Of a stretch of 64,000 nucleotides of DNA, positions 52,360 to 64,000 are shown piece by piece (within the stretch, counting starts at the first letter, position 1; each line of letters begins with the position of its first letter). The translations under genes and the position numbers were made by a program. The DNA comes from Flaccisagitta enflata. Its lineage: Eukaryota. The notes under the pieces were generated by a model, which worked only from the letters and a program-made list of their open reading frames with translations, made no database searches and was not told the DNA's origin. The stretch spans positions 19,282,001 to 19,346,000 of the forward strand of contig OZ231126.1 in the NCBI GenBank assembly GCA_965153355.1. Direction: 5' to 3'.

Positions 52360-53167
52360 AAATTTAATATCGCGTGAGTGGCATTTTATCGCCAGTTATC
52401 TGTTACTGATTCTCAGATTCTTGAATGTAAATTCCTCTCATTCAGGAAGTAACGAGGAAAGATGAAAAAAAAATTCTTTATGACCATCGGTTATCGATCT
52501 ACAACGGCCACCGGAATTTGTTACATAATTAGCAACTAGCAGACAGCGGCAGCGGCGACGGCGGCGGCGATAGAGGCCAATGCAATGTTGTGGTTGGTGG
52601 AGGCAGCGGCAGCGGCAGCAGCTATGGCAGAGGTTACAGTGGAGGCAGCGAAAGTGGTAAATGAAGTGCCGTGGGTGGTGGTGGCAGGGTTATTGTACAC
52701 CAGTGGCAGTGGCAGCGGCAGTGGCATCTGCATCGGCGGGTTGTGGCAATGGCGGTGATCTCCTAAGAAAAGCGACTCGTTGACACATTAAAGAGTCACC
52801 ATGACCTCCATTTAGAGTCGATGTCCACGTAGAGTCAAGGACCACTCGTTTCTTTTGAAGTGAACCACAAAAAGAGAGAGGGAAAAAAAGGAAATCAAAG
52901 AACGTAACGATGCTTGCTTAGTTTCATTTATCCAGTATTCCAGAGGTCAACACACATGCCTAGGCAGTTACTACTAAGTATTCTAGAGAAGCGCTGCTCC
53001 TAAACATCATTTTTTAGGTTGGAACATCTCTTTCTGTAATAGAACCCATCTTAAGCATATGTATATGTATATATTTTTCCTATATCGTCTGCGTTAAGAT
53101 TACAATTACTCTGTAGCATCATCTAAGCATTAGAACTCACAGGATCTACTGACAGTACTGTCAGGAT

Positions 53168-53303
53168 TAGGGATGTGGAAGCGACTGACCACTTCCAATT
53201 TAGAGGATGGGATAGCTACTAGTATTTGAACTGTAAAATGGAAGCGGAAGCGGAAGCGGAAGCGGTGGAAACGGCATTGAAATTGACCGCTTCCACATCC
53301 CTA
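53168..53303. mobile_element. hAT-type mini-MITE, copy 2
   Basis: Same family as 41258-41381; 8-bp TSD gtcaggat/gtcatgat (7 of 8 match). Confidence 0.8.
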
Positions 53304-54914
53304 GTCATGATGGAAGAAAGCCAAACACGATGATGATGAAAATTCTCCTAGAAACGCGTTGTATGTAAAATCTAAAAAAGTGGAAATGCTCTGAAGTTGA
53401 TGGTTTTGATTTGACGGTTGGATTCCAGGCGGGATCGAGCGAGAGAGACCGAGTGAGACCAAAGTAAGACGCGCTCCGCATGGAAATCACGTTAAAACGC
53501 GTCAAGTCATTATCATTCAGACAAAAATCACTCCTCCATTCCTCTTTCTCTCCCTTTTTACATCATGACAGGGGTTTTTCCGATTTTTTTTCTTATTCTT
53601 TTTCTTCTCATGATGTCCTTTTACCTGCACTTAAATGTTTTCTTCTTGTTCTTCTTGTTCTTCTGGTTTTCTCTGTTCTTTTTATCTCCCTGTTTTTCTT
53701 GTTTTTGTTCTTCTGTTTCTGTTTTTTTTTGTTGTTCTTCTTCAATCTTCTTCTTCTTTACCTTCGCCTCCTCTTTCTTTTTTCTTTATCTTTATCTTTT
53801 TCTTTTTTTGCCTTCTTCTTCTTCTTCTTCTTCTTCTTCTTCTTCTTTTTCTTTTTCTGTTTCTTTTTCTTTTTTTTTTCTTCTACTTCTTCGTTTTCTT
53901 CTTCTTCTTCTTCTTCTCCTTCTTCTTCTTCTTCTTCTTCTTCTTCTTCTTCTTCTTCTTCTTCTTCTTCTTCTTCCTCTTCCTTTTTGGGCAGCGGCCC
54001 CGGAGGGGCCAATGACCTATGATTCCACATAGGGCAATTTTCTCCGGTTTCCATCCGTCCGTCTGTCCGTCCGTCCGTCCGTCCGTCCGTCCGTCCGTCC
54101 GTCCGTCCGTCCGTCCGTCCGTCCGTCCGTCCGTCCGTCCGTCCGTCCGTCCGTCCATCCGTCCATCCGTCCGTCCGTCCGTCCGTCCGTCCGTCCGTCC
54201 CCCCCTCCCCAAGCCTCAAATAAGGCCTCTCAGACCCCAAATCAGGCCTTTTTGACTCCAAATCAGACCTTTTTGACCCCAAATCAGGCTTCTCAGACCT
54301 CAAATCAGGCCTCCCAGATCCCAAATCAGGCCTCTCAGACCCAAAATCAGTCCTCCCAGACCCCAGATCAGGCTTCTCGGACCCCAAATTAGGCCTCTCT
54401 GATCTAAATCAGGCCTCAGACCCCATGTCAGGCTTTTCAGACCCCAAATTAGACCCTTCAGACCCCAAACCACGCCTCTCACACCCTAAATTAGACCTTT
54501 CAGAGCCAAAATCAGGCCTCTCAGCCCTCCAAACCAGCTTCTCAAACTGGAGAAAAATGTCCTATGTGGAATCATAGGTCATCGGCCCCTCCGGGGCTGC
54601 TGCCCCTCTAATAAACTCATTACCTCATACACTAACTTAGGGGCATCGGGTACCGCTGACCATATAACGCTTTTGCGACTATTCTCCCTTCTTTTTCTTT
54701 ATTCGATGAATTCAATGAATCTCAACCTTTTGAGAGATGGAAAGGGAAGATTCTTAACAGCGTAAATTGCGGTAGTTAGAAGGGACAATATTTCCTTCTT
54801 TTCTCAGTGACTGAATTTGCCTTCTCATGCCTAACATCACACTGTCGATCTGTCATTTTCTCTATTCATCTATCTATCTATTTATCTATCTATGTATCTA
54901 TCTATGTATCTATG

Positions 54915-54956
<42 letters not shown>

Positions 54957-55076
54957 ACTATCTATCTATGTATCTATCTATGTATCTATGTATCTATCTA
55001 TTTATCTGTCTGTCTATCTATCTAATTTTCTATCTTTCAATCCATCTTTCAATCTTTCTACCTATCTATCTATCTA

Positions 55077-55177
<101 letters not shown>

Positions 55178-56774
55178 ATTTCCCGTTGACTGTCCATCCC
55201 ATTCACACTCCGCCTCTTTCTTTTCATTATGGCATCTATAAATAGTTGAGTTGGTTTTTGACCTTCGTTTTTTCTAGATAGGAGCTTCCCTCGAGGATGT
55301 CGTCCCGTTCAACACGAGGGTGTCCGCCTTGCCATTGACAGAGCAATGAACTTTACACCATTCATATGCAGTAAAAACAATATGATAATAGTACAAGACC
55401 TTTTTTTGTTCAAGTTTAAAGTTGACAAAAGAAAGCGAACCGTAACCAACGCACGGGTTGATCATCCATTTCTTTCTGCATTTAAATTTGATAGTGAAAT
55501 TGACAATGATGGGTTCTTCACTAAACTTGACATCATTATGAATGGGATTTTGCTCAACGAGGTACACTGTCAGAGAAACGTGTCGGACCGACCAACTTGA
55601 ATGGCAAACGCAATGACATGAAAGAGAGACGAGCATACTACTTGACAACACCCTTCTTCTCCGCGAGCCCCTTGCTCTCGTCCTCATAGTCGTTGTCACT
55701 CGCTCGCAAATCTCGTTTCCTCATTATTTCTGCCTCGTTCCATTTGCCATCATCGGTCCCTCGATACCACTTTGCATCCCGATATCATCCTAGATATCAT
55801 TGGGCTCATTAGAATTGTCATAGGAAATGAAAAGTTGAAGCGGGAAGTTGGACGCGGATGGACAATCGATAAAAGCTGTCAAATGCTTGATGGCGGCATC
55901 ATAGCGCGCATATTTTGACGGCCGATGATGACCGAGTGACATTTATGAAATGCCGTCGCCTGTAGATCGACGTTATGCCACAGATCGGTTTAGCCCGTGC
56001 CGCCAATTGCTTGCTGGTAGTCTTTAGTCGATCGATTCATGTCTAAATACTTGTCCAAGCTACACCTCCGTTGCTTTGGGCTGGGCAAGCAGTAAGCGCT
56101 TGTAAGTGATTGTTTGTGTGCTGAATATGTCCAATTGTCATCCATTATTTCCTCAGATCGAGTAACCATCACCTTTTTTTTTTTATTATTTATTCACACA
56201 AAAGAAATTACGCAGTACAAAAACAAACAAGCAGAAGACTAAATGTTACGAGTACAGAAAATTACTGAACAGAGAAAATATGCACAGGAGAATCTGCGCT
56301 ACATAAGGAGAGTCGTTGACCTTTGTTCCGAAAGTCCTTCAGCCTTCACTCACCCAGAGAGCCACGTTGTCTATGAATGTTGTTCATCCTGCTCGAGTGA
56401 CCAACAACTCTACTTCCAAGGAATTTCATGTTTCTGAGTCTCGTACTTTCGGCACGAGCGACCAACAAGACCAACAGTCAACACCTTCATTCCCTAGGAA
56501 AGTCATATTGTCTCCAAATGTCCTTTTCCAACTCGAGTGACCAACACCTTCTGCTCGCCTTTTTTTCTCTTTTCCCCCTTTCTTGGTTTCCTCTGTAAGT
56601 CTGTTTGTCACATGATCCATCCTTCTTTCTTCTTCTTCCTCTACCCCCCCCCTTCCCTCCCCCCACCTCAGTGACCTTTTTTGACCCGACAGATCTTAAA
56701 GTCACTCTCGCGGTGAGAAGCGCAAAGAAAACTCTTTGAATGCAAAGAAAAGGGGGAAAAAAGCCAAAATAGTC

Positions 56775-56849
<75 letters not shown>

Positions 56850-58857
56850 GGGTGAAAAGGGAACAAATGAGACTGAATATCTTTTTGTGGCCAAAGTAAA
56901 AATAGGAAAGTGCTAAATACCGACGTGCCTTTGCCATCTATTTCAAGACTTTTTTTGTCCATTCTCTCTCTCTTTTTTGAATTTCTTTCCGACCTTTTGA
57001 GGAATGAATGAATGAATGAATGAATGTATGAATGAATGAATGTATGAATGAATGAATGAATGAATGAATGAATGAATGAATGAATGAATGAATGAATAAA
57101 TAAAAGATTAAATAAAAAATGAATGAATGAAGGAATGAATGAAGGAATAGACAAAATAAAATAAAAAAAAAGATTGAATGAATGACTCAGTAAATGAGCG
57201 GACAATTGAAAGAATGAATGAATTTAGATTAATAATAGAATAGAAGAAGATGGCAAAAACAGGAAAAGTTTACATAGCACTGTGGACGGGGTGAGGAAAT
57301 AAACGTAAAAGAAAGTCTTCCTTTCTTTGAAAAAAAAAAAAATTCTGTTCTCTTTCTAACGCAGATTCCTGATGGAAATTCGATAGTCGTTGACGCGAAT
57401 GGATCATTGTGGTCTGTTTGTGGTCTCTTTGTGGATTGTTTGTGGCGTCTTTCTGGTCTGTTTGTAGTCTGTTTGTGGTGTCTTTGTGGACGAAGTGATG
57501 GCATTTCTTGTGGACGTGAATCTTCCTTGTGGGTGTTATCTTGAGCATTATTGTGGTTGTTAAAATGAGCAAAAGTGTGGTTGTGATTGTAGATTAAGTA
57601 ACGTGGGCAAAATTGTAGTCGTTGTCAGATACATGATTTTGATCTATGGCGTACGATGGACAGATAATTCGCAGAGTTGTGGTTGCGATTGTGGATAGGA
57701 TTATTAATCATTGGGAATACGACATCACATGGTGGGCAAAATTGTGGATGACATTATGTTTGATTGATGATTGTTGATAACTTCAATGATAAGGTGACCT
57801 CCAAAATCCAAGTTCCAGCATCGAAATAAAATATTTTAACAACTCATTAATTGCCATTCGGATTGTTGCCGTCGTCATTCTTTCCATCATTGTCGTTATC
57901 ATTGTCATCGTTGTTGTCACAGTCATTTTGCTAGTGTTGATTTCCTCGATGATATTTTTGCTGCAGTTGCTTCTCATATCCCGGCTGTTATCGCTATGGC
58001 GACTGAAATTCAGAAATATTCCGCTGTCGAATCTTTGGAAAACGAAAACCCCCAAATTCCTCTACTCCCAAATCGTGTTTTTAGATGCGTCCGTCAAGAA
58101 CGCATCTCTATAAGAGGGTCTGTCCATCCGTCGGTCCGTCCGTCCGTCCGTCCGTCCATCCGTCCGTCCGTCCGTCCGTCCGTTGGTCCGTCCGTCCGTC
58201 CGTCCGTCCGTCCGTCCATCCGTCCGTTACGCCTGTGCAAAAACCGCGTTTCTCGGCTGTTTTTGGCCACGGTGAGATCCTACACTGAAACAAACGATCA
58301 ACTAACATGTTTCGAGAGTCTTTTCATCCGTCTGTTTGTCCATTTGTCACTCCATACATATGTCACATGATCAATACACGCTGAGACATAGCCCGGAAGC
58401 ATCGTTGTCCGGTCGGGCTTGTTGTTTGTGTATTTGAGCCCTGGTGCATCTGCGCCCACTTAGTATGGGATTAGTGTACTTGCACGTTTGTATTCGTGCA
58501 CTTGCTCGTGTACTTTCCTGTGTGTGCTAACGTAGGGACCGCAGTTAGACGAGGTCGAAGGTGTAATTGTAAACATATCATTCCGGCGGCAGGACAGCAA
58601 TTGCATGTCAGTTTTAGGTTGACTTTCTATATGATTGGAAGTAGAAGGTTGGAATAGGACATCTGCGATGGCACATCTGCAAGTTAAATTTGACAGTGGC
58701 AGGTTGGCCGGTTGGAATGTGACCCAGCACTGTAGATTGTGGAGTAGCGAGTAGCGCCGCTACTCGGCAAGACAAAGGGTGTGTCGGCAGCTATCGGCAG
58801 ATGGAGAAAAAAAAGAGAAGAAAAAGAAAACGAAGAGGAACAAAAAAAAGAAAAAGA

Positions 58858-58907
<50 letters not shown>

Positions 58908-59645
58908 ATATGGTTGTCTCGCATTCTCATGTGCCGATAGATTGTAAAGAGCGTCTTGATTTCCGGGTGTGAATATTAGATTTGATTTGATTTGTCAATT
59001 CAATCATCAGGTTTGTCAAAATCTCACTTCATTGGTCAAAATCAGATTATCAAACTATCATTAATAATTACAAATTAACTACAACTTTTCCACTCTTCAC
59101 TATTGGTGAATCACTTCACCGGAAAAAGCGTCAATGTTACTATACTGTTCTCTCTGGTTTATTGAGTCAGTTTTTTCTCTCAAAGCGCTTTATTGCAGTC
59201 GGCAATGCCATTGGCAATAGGCTCGGCAGCTAGATATGATATGAATGCGTCGTCTCACACCTGACAAATCAAGTAACAAAATCTTTTTTTTTTTTTTTGG
59301 TTTTTTTCTTGGTGTATTTCAATAAGTTACGGAAGTATGACTTGTCGGCAACATACAGGGGAAGATTTTTGCTACTCGGCAGGAAAGAATAATCTACACG
59401 TCTGGGAATGTCAAGACTCGAGAGGGCTGCATGTTGGCTGGTCGAAGGTCGGGAGGTCGGGAGGTCGTCAGGGAAGCAGGTTGGTAGGTTGGCTGGGCGA
59501 AGGTCGGGAGGTCGGGAGGTTGGCAGGGTGGCAGTTGCAGGTATCATTGGCAGGTCGGTAGTCGAGTCGCCAATCAGCAGTCCGTGAATCTTTATTGCGT
59601 TTTGGCATCCAAACCATTTCTGTCTACACGTTATTTCCAATCACC

Positions 59646-59827
<182 letters not shown>

Positions 59828-60154
59828 ACTGTTGAAAAGCAAGAAGAGAAACACCTTTTTCACACCCTTGGTCTCGTTGTCAGAAATCCACTAGGGATAT
59901 ATAACGGGTTAAAATGAGTGGTAAACTCCCAGACGCGTGGACAAAAGGACAGTTGGATAGAGGGACATGTGCAAGAAAGGACGCACGCATGGGCAGATGA
60001 GCGGTCGAATTGAAAGATAAACGAATGCACAGATGGACAGACTGACTGGCGGACCTCCAGGGACGTAATTGAAAGAAAATAGATGTTAGACTTGTAAAAG
60101 GAAAGGGGCGGTTCCTTCGTAAGATGCGCCAAGATAAAGGAGAGGAAAAAGGCT

Positions 60155-60426
60155 TACACCTTACAGTCGCGTGCGGTTGTTAAGACCATAAAACTAGAAG
60201 ACTAAAAGACTAAAAGACTAAAAGACTAAAAGACTAAAAGACTAAAAGACTAAAAGACTAAAAGACTAAAAGACTAAAAGACTGAATATAGATTGTCTTG
60301 AAATAAGTTAAGATGACTAAAGTTACTTAAAATGACGTAAAACGACGAAAAAAAGCTAAGCGTGACCGATGGACCGACCGACAGACGGACAGAGCGGGTC
60401 ATAGAGTCGCGTGCACGCGACTAAAA
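60155..60426 (-). mobile_element. HINE-like copy with a perfect (GACTAAAA)n 8-bp array
   Basis: agtcgcgtgcgg...(gactaaaa) about 10 copies...gaccgaccgacagacggacagagcgggtcatagagtcgcgtgcacgcgactaaaa. Confidence 0.7.
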
Positions 60427-61685
60427 AGATGTGTCGCGCGCATCGATTTGTCTGCGCATGTGTGTTTGAGCATAATTGATGTTGAATACGTTGATACTAG
60501 CAACGAGACTGGTCAGATGGCCGACGAAAAATAATACGGCTTTTATCCTTTTCCAAAGAGGTCACAAGTTGAAACTATCAACAGCTTAGAAACCCTGCTA
60601 TAACGGATCCAAGAGTTGTGGAAATCCGCCTATAACTGATCAAAATCTCGGTCCCTTCATGTCAATTTCTTTTAATTTAGATAATGGCAATAACAATAGT
60701 GGATATAATTTGTTGGTCTTTTGACATCCATTATATATTTCAATGGGTGTGATTGTCCCGCGAATCTGAATGCGTCCTTTTTGGACAGCGATCCCAAAGG
60801 GCCAATGTCCCGTAGAAGTGGTAGAACGCAGGGGGGAATTTTCAGATATCCGTCCTTCCGTCTTTCCATCCGTCCTTCCGTCCATCCCTTCCCCCATTGG
60901 CCATCAAGGCCTCAAATTTGCCCTCCCAGCCCTCAATTTAGCCCTCCAGGCCAAAAACCGGCCTTCCAGGCTTAAAATCTGCCCCCCCCCGCCTCAAATC
61001 TGACCTCCAGACCTCAAATCTCCCCCCCCCCACCTCAGACCTGACCTCCAGACCTCAAATCTGACCTCCAGACCTCAAATCTGACCTCCAGACCTTCAAT
61101 TAGCCCCCCAAGCATCAAATCAGGCCTCTGTGGCTCAAATTTGCCCTCCAAACCTCAAATCTGCTCTCTAAGCCTTACTTCTGCCCTTCAGCCCTCAGTC
61201 ATCTAAGGCCTGAAAAATGCCCCCTCAGGACGTCTGGAAATTCCCCACTGTGTTCTACAAGACATTGGCCGCTGTCCTGCTCTCACTCAACTTTTTCACT
61301 GGATCACTCCCAGCAAGGCATCGGGTACCGCTGACCATGTGCGATCCTTGGATGACTAGTTAAATTAGTAACGTGTGACAATCTTGACTGATCTAAAACT
61401 AGATAGATGGGTGCACAACCTTATAGAAGCTAACTTACGATTGTAAATAATCTGCATTCATATGACATTATCACACTTGCGCTTATCGGTAAAAAGAAAT
61501 AAAATTCACGAATCAGACATGATATGAATGAACTCACAATAGACAAGACGACGCTTGAAACAAGAATTACCTCATAGATAAACAATGCAATCCAAAGCAC
61601 TGTAAAAACCATGATGGCTGCAATGAAAAGTAAATAATAATGAAGCAATACATTAGAATAGGTGATCTCTGTAACATGCAGCCAT

Positions 61686-62003
61686 GCACACTGCCCCAAA
61701 TCCCACCACCACGAAAAATAAATACCCGTCACCCCCCAATCACCACCTATTCACCTACACTCTGCCCCAAATCCTACCACTACGAAAAATAAATACCCGT
61801 CACCCCCCTATCACCCCCTAATCACCATCGATTCACCGACACACTGCCCCAAATCCCACCACCACGAAAAATAGATACCCATCACCCCCCTATCACCCCC
61901 TAATCACCATCGATTCACCGACACACTGCCCCAAATCCCACCACCACGAAAAATAAATACCCGTCAACCCCCTATCACCCCCTAATCACCACCAATTCAC
62001 CCA
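61686..62003. repeat. ~70-82-bp minisatellite, about 4 copies
   Basis: Unit ctgccccaaatcc(c/t)accac(c/t)acgaaaaata(a/g)ataccc... repeated head to tail just downstream of the MYND gene stop. Confidence 0.85.
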
Positions 62004-62163
62004 TAGGCCATGTAACATCTTAGAACCATCTCGCAGATCCAACAAGGCAATTTTGAAGAGACCACATTTGAAAAGTGAATCGATGAACGAATGAATAAAG
62101 GAATAAATGAATGAACAAATGGATAGATGTATAAGTAAATGAATGAACGAACAAACAAATGTC

Positions 62164-64000
62164 TCACTGCACATCAAACATTCCTTCTCCACTATCCTGC
62201 ATTTTCTTCTCTTTCATTCTGCGGCTCTCCTCCACGTGGAATCTTTTATGATTGTCGTGCCAATCAGAAGTTTGGCAACCTTCGCTGCAATAATAAACGC
62301 GTGGTTGGGATTTTTTCTGCTTGCATCTGGCGCACATTTGGAATTGCTTCGGCGTCGTTTCCACGGCGACGCAACCGCGCCAACCACACTCGCGTAAAAT
62401 GGGCGCTGTTGTTGATTTAAGTTCAATGACTATGGTGGACTCTTCGCTTTCCGTTCGTGGAGAGTCAACCGTGATATCTTCCGTGTTGGTTATTTTTGTA
62501 TCAACTGGTGATGTCTGAATGTCTTCTGATGATTCCACATCATTTGCGTAGTTTATCTCCCACTCGCCATAAAACAGAGGAGAAGAAATCGCGTTGCCGC
62601 TCAGAAAGGAATCGCTGACAGATGGGAGTGATTCTGGCTGATCAACTGCACCGTAGATGCCAATGTCTTTCAAACTGCCCATGCCATCACTTTCTTCTCT
62701 TACAAGAACACTGTCACCAACTCCGTCTTTGTTTCCCGACAATTCTCCTAAGAAGTCATCCTCCACTCTCTCTACCTCTTCTTCTTCTCTCTCTTCCTCC
62801 TTCCCCTCCTCCTCCTCCTCCTCCTTAGCTTCCTCGACTTTATCTCTTTCTTGAACCTGTCGTTGGATCTTTTTCTGGAGGATTTGCCTTTATTCCTTTT
62901 CTTTCTTGACTTGTTTTCCCCATTGATGGCGGTTCTTAAAGCAGGGGCTTTTGCCTTCATGTATTCCTTTAACTCATTCGTCAAGATATCCAAGTCTTCC
63001 TTGTGCTGATGCATGTCTTCATCTTCTTTGACGACAACCACCAATTCATTCAAAGCTTTGAGGAATTCATCGTGGAATTTTTTGGCGGCTTTCATTTGAT
63101 CCAAAGAAGTCGCAGCAAAAGCCTTCATATTGTTTCGCGCAACGCCGAGTTTGTGGATGGTCTGCATGGCTGCGGCCCCGTTGTTTTCACGTTTCCATTC
63201 TTGGAAGGAATTGAAAACTTCAAGCCTATAAGAAAAGTGAAACAAGATCAATACACTTTCAGGAGTTAACAGACATTATTCCAAACCGGGTAGATATAAA
63301 GAATTTTCCGGCCGATGACATTTTGTTTCCGTGTGTTACCATTGGATAAACTACCCAGGATATAATAATGGCATCCAGCACAGAGGGTCATTAACTTTGG
63401 AGAAGCGTGACTCCTAAATTAACACTGCTTCAACAACCAGGTTGGTCCCGTATCAAAGAGTAATTTAAACCATTTGAAATGGGACCAATCTGAGGTTGGT
63501 AGCTTTATTTGTTTAGGAGCGGCACTCAAAAGTAGGGCCAGATTGAGTTAAATGCTTTTAGTCGTGTGCCCGCAATTTCGGTCGGTTGGTCGGTCGGTCG
63601 GTCGGTCGGTCGGTTGGTCGGTCGGTCGGTTGGTCCCCTTTTTACTTTTTCGGCGTTTTTGAGCTTTTTGAGCATACTGCTTCTGCTCAGATGCCCTAGT
63701 GACCTTCTCCAGCACTGCTCCTGCCCACCCGCACGCGACTAGGATAGCCGTGTATCCGGCCTTTTTTTTACTCAGGGTAGTATCGGACAACAGGAACTAC
63801 TGAATAGTAATAACGCTGACCTCTTCTTTTCAGAGCTGAATTCCGATGTGGCCTTCAAGCGCGTCGCTGTCGGCGAATTGCGACGTTGTAAGCCCCCCAT
63901 TTTCATCATTTCGTCGTCACCTTTGTTGTCTCTCTCAATTCTTTGCTTGATCCCCGATTCCCACTCATCCGCCGCGCGCTTGCTTGAGTGGCAAATTGCC
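62164..64000 (-). CDS. 3' part of a gene with a helical region, acidic tract and C-terminal MYND-type zinc finger; last exon has an apparent frameshift
   Basis: Exon from beyond 64000 to 63821 (AICHSSKRAADEWESG...SSEKK, donor gtcagc) joins in phase 2 to acceptor ttatag at 63225 (R-LEVFNSFQEWK...). That frame stops at 62772; the -1 frame is open 62889-62164 and encodes CGWRGC...CARC...YYCSEGCQTSDWHDNHKRFH (62388-62236). The 5' end lies outside the window. Confidence 0.7.
63556..63766 (+). mobile_element. Family A HINE-like copy in an intron of the MYND gene
   Basis: ttttagtcgtgtgc...(ggtc)n...cccgcacgcgactaggatagccgtgtatccggcctttt. Confidence 0.75.

Overview
Repeat-rich animal (invertebrate-type) nuclear DNA with spliced genes; not prokaryotic, and no rRNA, tRNA or CRISPR array was found. 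Four genes were reconstructed by hand from GT..AG junctions with matching phases: (1) a 2-exon, very divergent cation-type Cys-loop (pentameric ligand-gated) channel subunit (+, 7750-9374) lacking the acetylcholine-binding loop B and loop C signatures; (2) a complete 5-coding-exon SLC34/NaPi-II Na+-phosphate cotransporter (-, 11750-23453); (3) a 7-exon secreted collagen-C1q (C1q-like/CTRP-type) protein (-, 31365-40362); (4) the 3' part of a gene with a C-terminal MYND-type zinc finger (-, 62164 to beyond 64000) whose last exon changes frame. The rest is microsatellites, many non-autonomous Helentron/DINE-1-like elements (each subfamily with its own internal tandem array) and assorted MITEs (hAT, Harbinger, Tc1/mariner, Chapaev-like). 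Most ORFs in the supplied track are microsatellite artefacts. The best candidate for new biology is the orphan Cys-loop receptor. Other points of interest are a decayed exon duplicate in SLC34, a duplicated C1q upstream region that supplies empty sites for two insertions, and an intronic low-complexity ORF island. No clearly new multi-gene system could be demonstrated.
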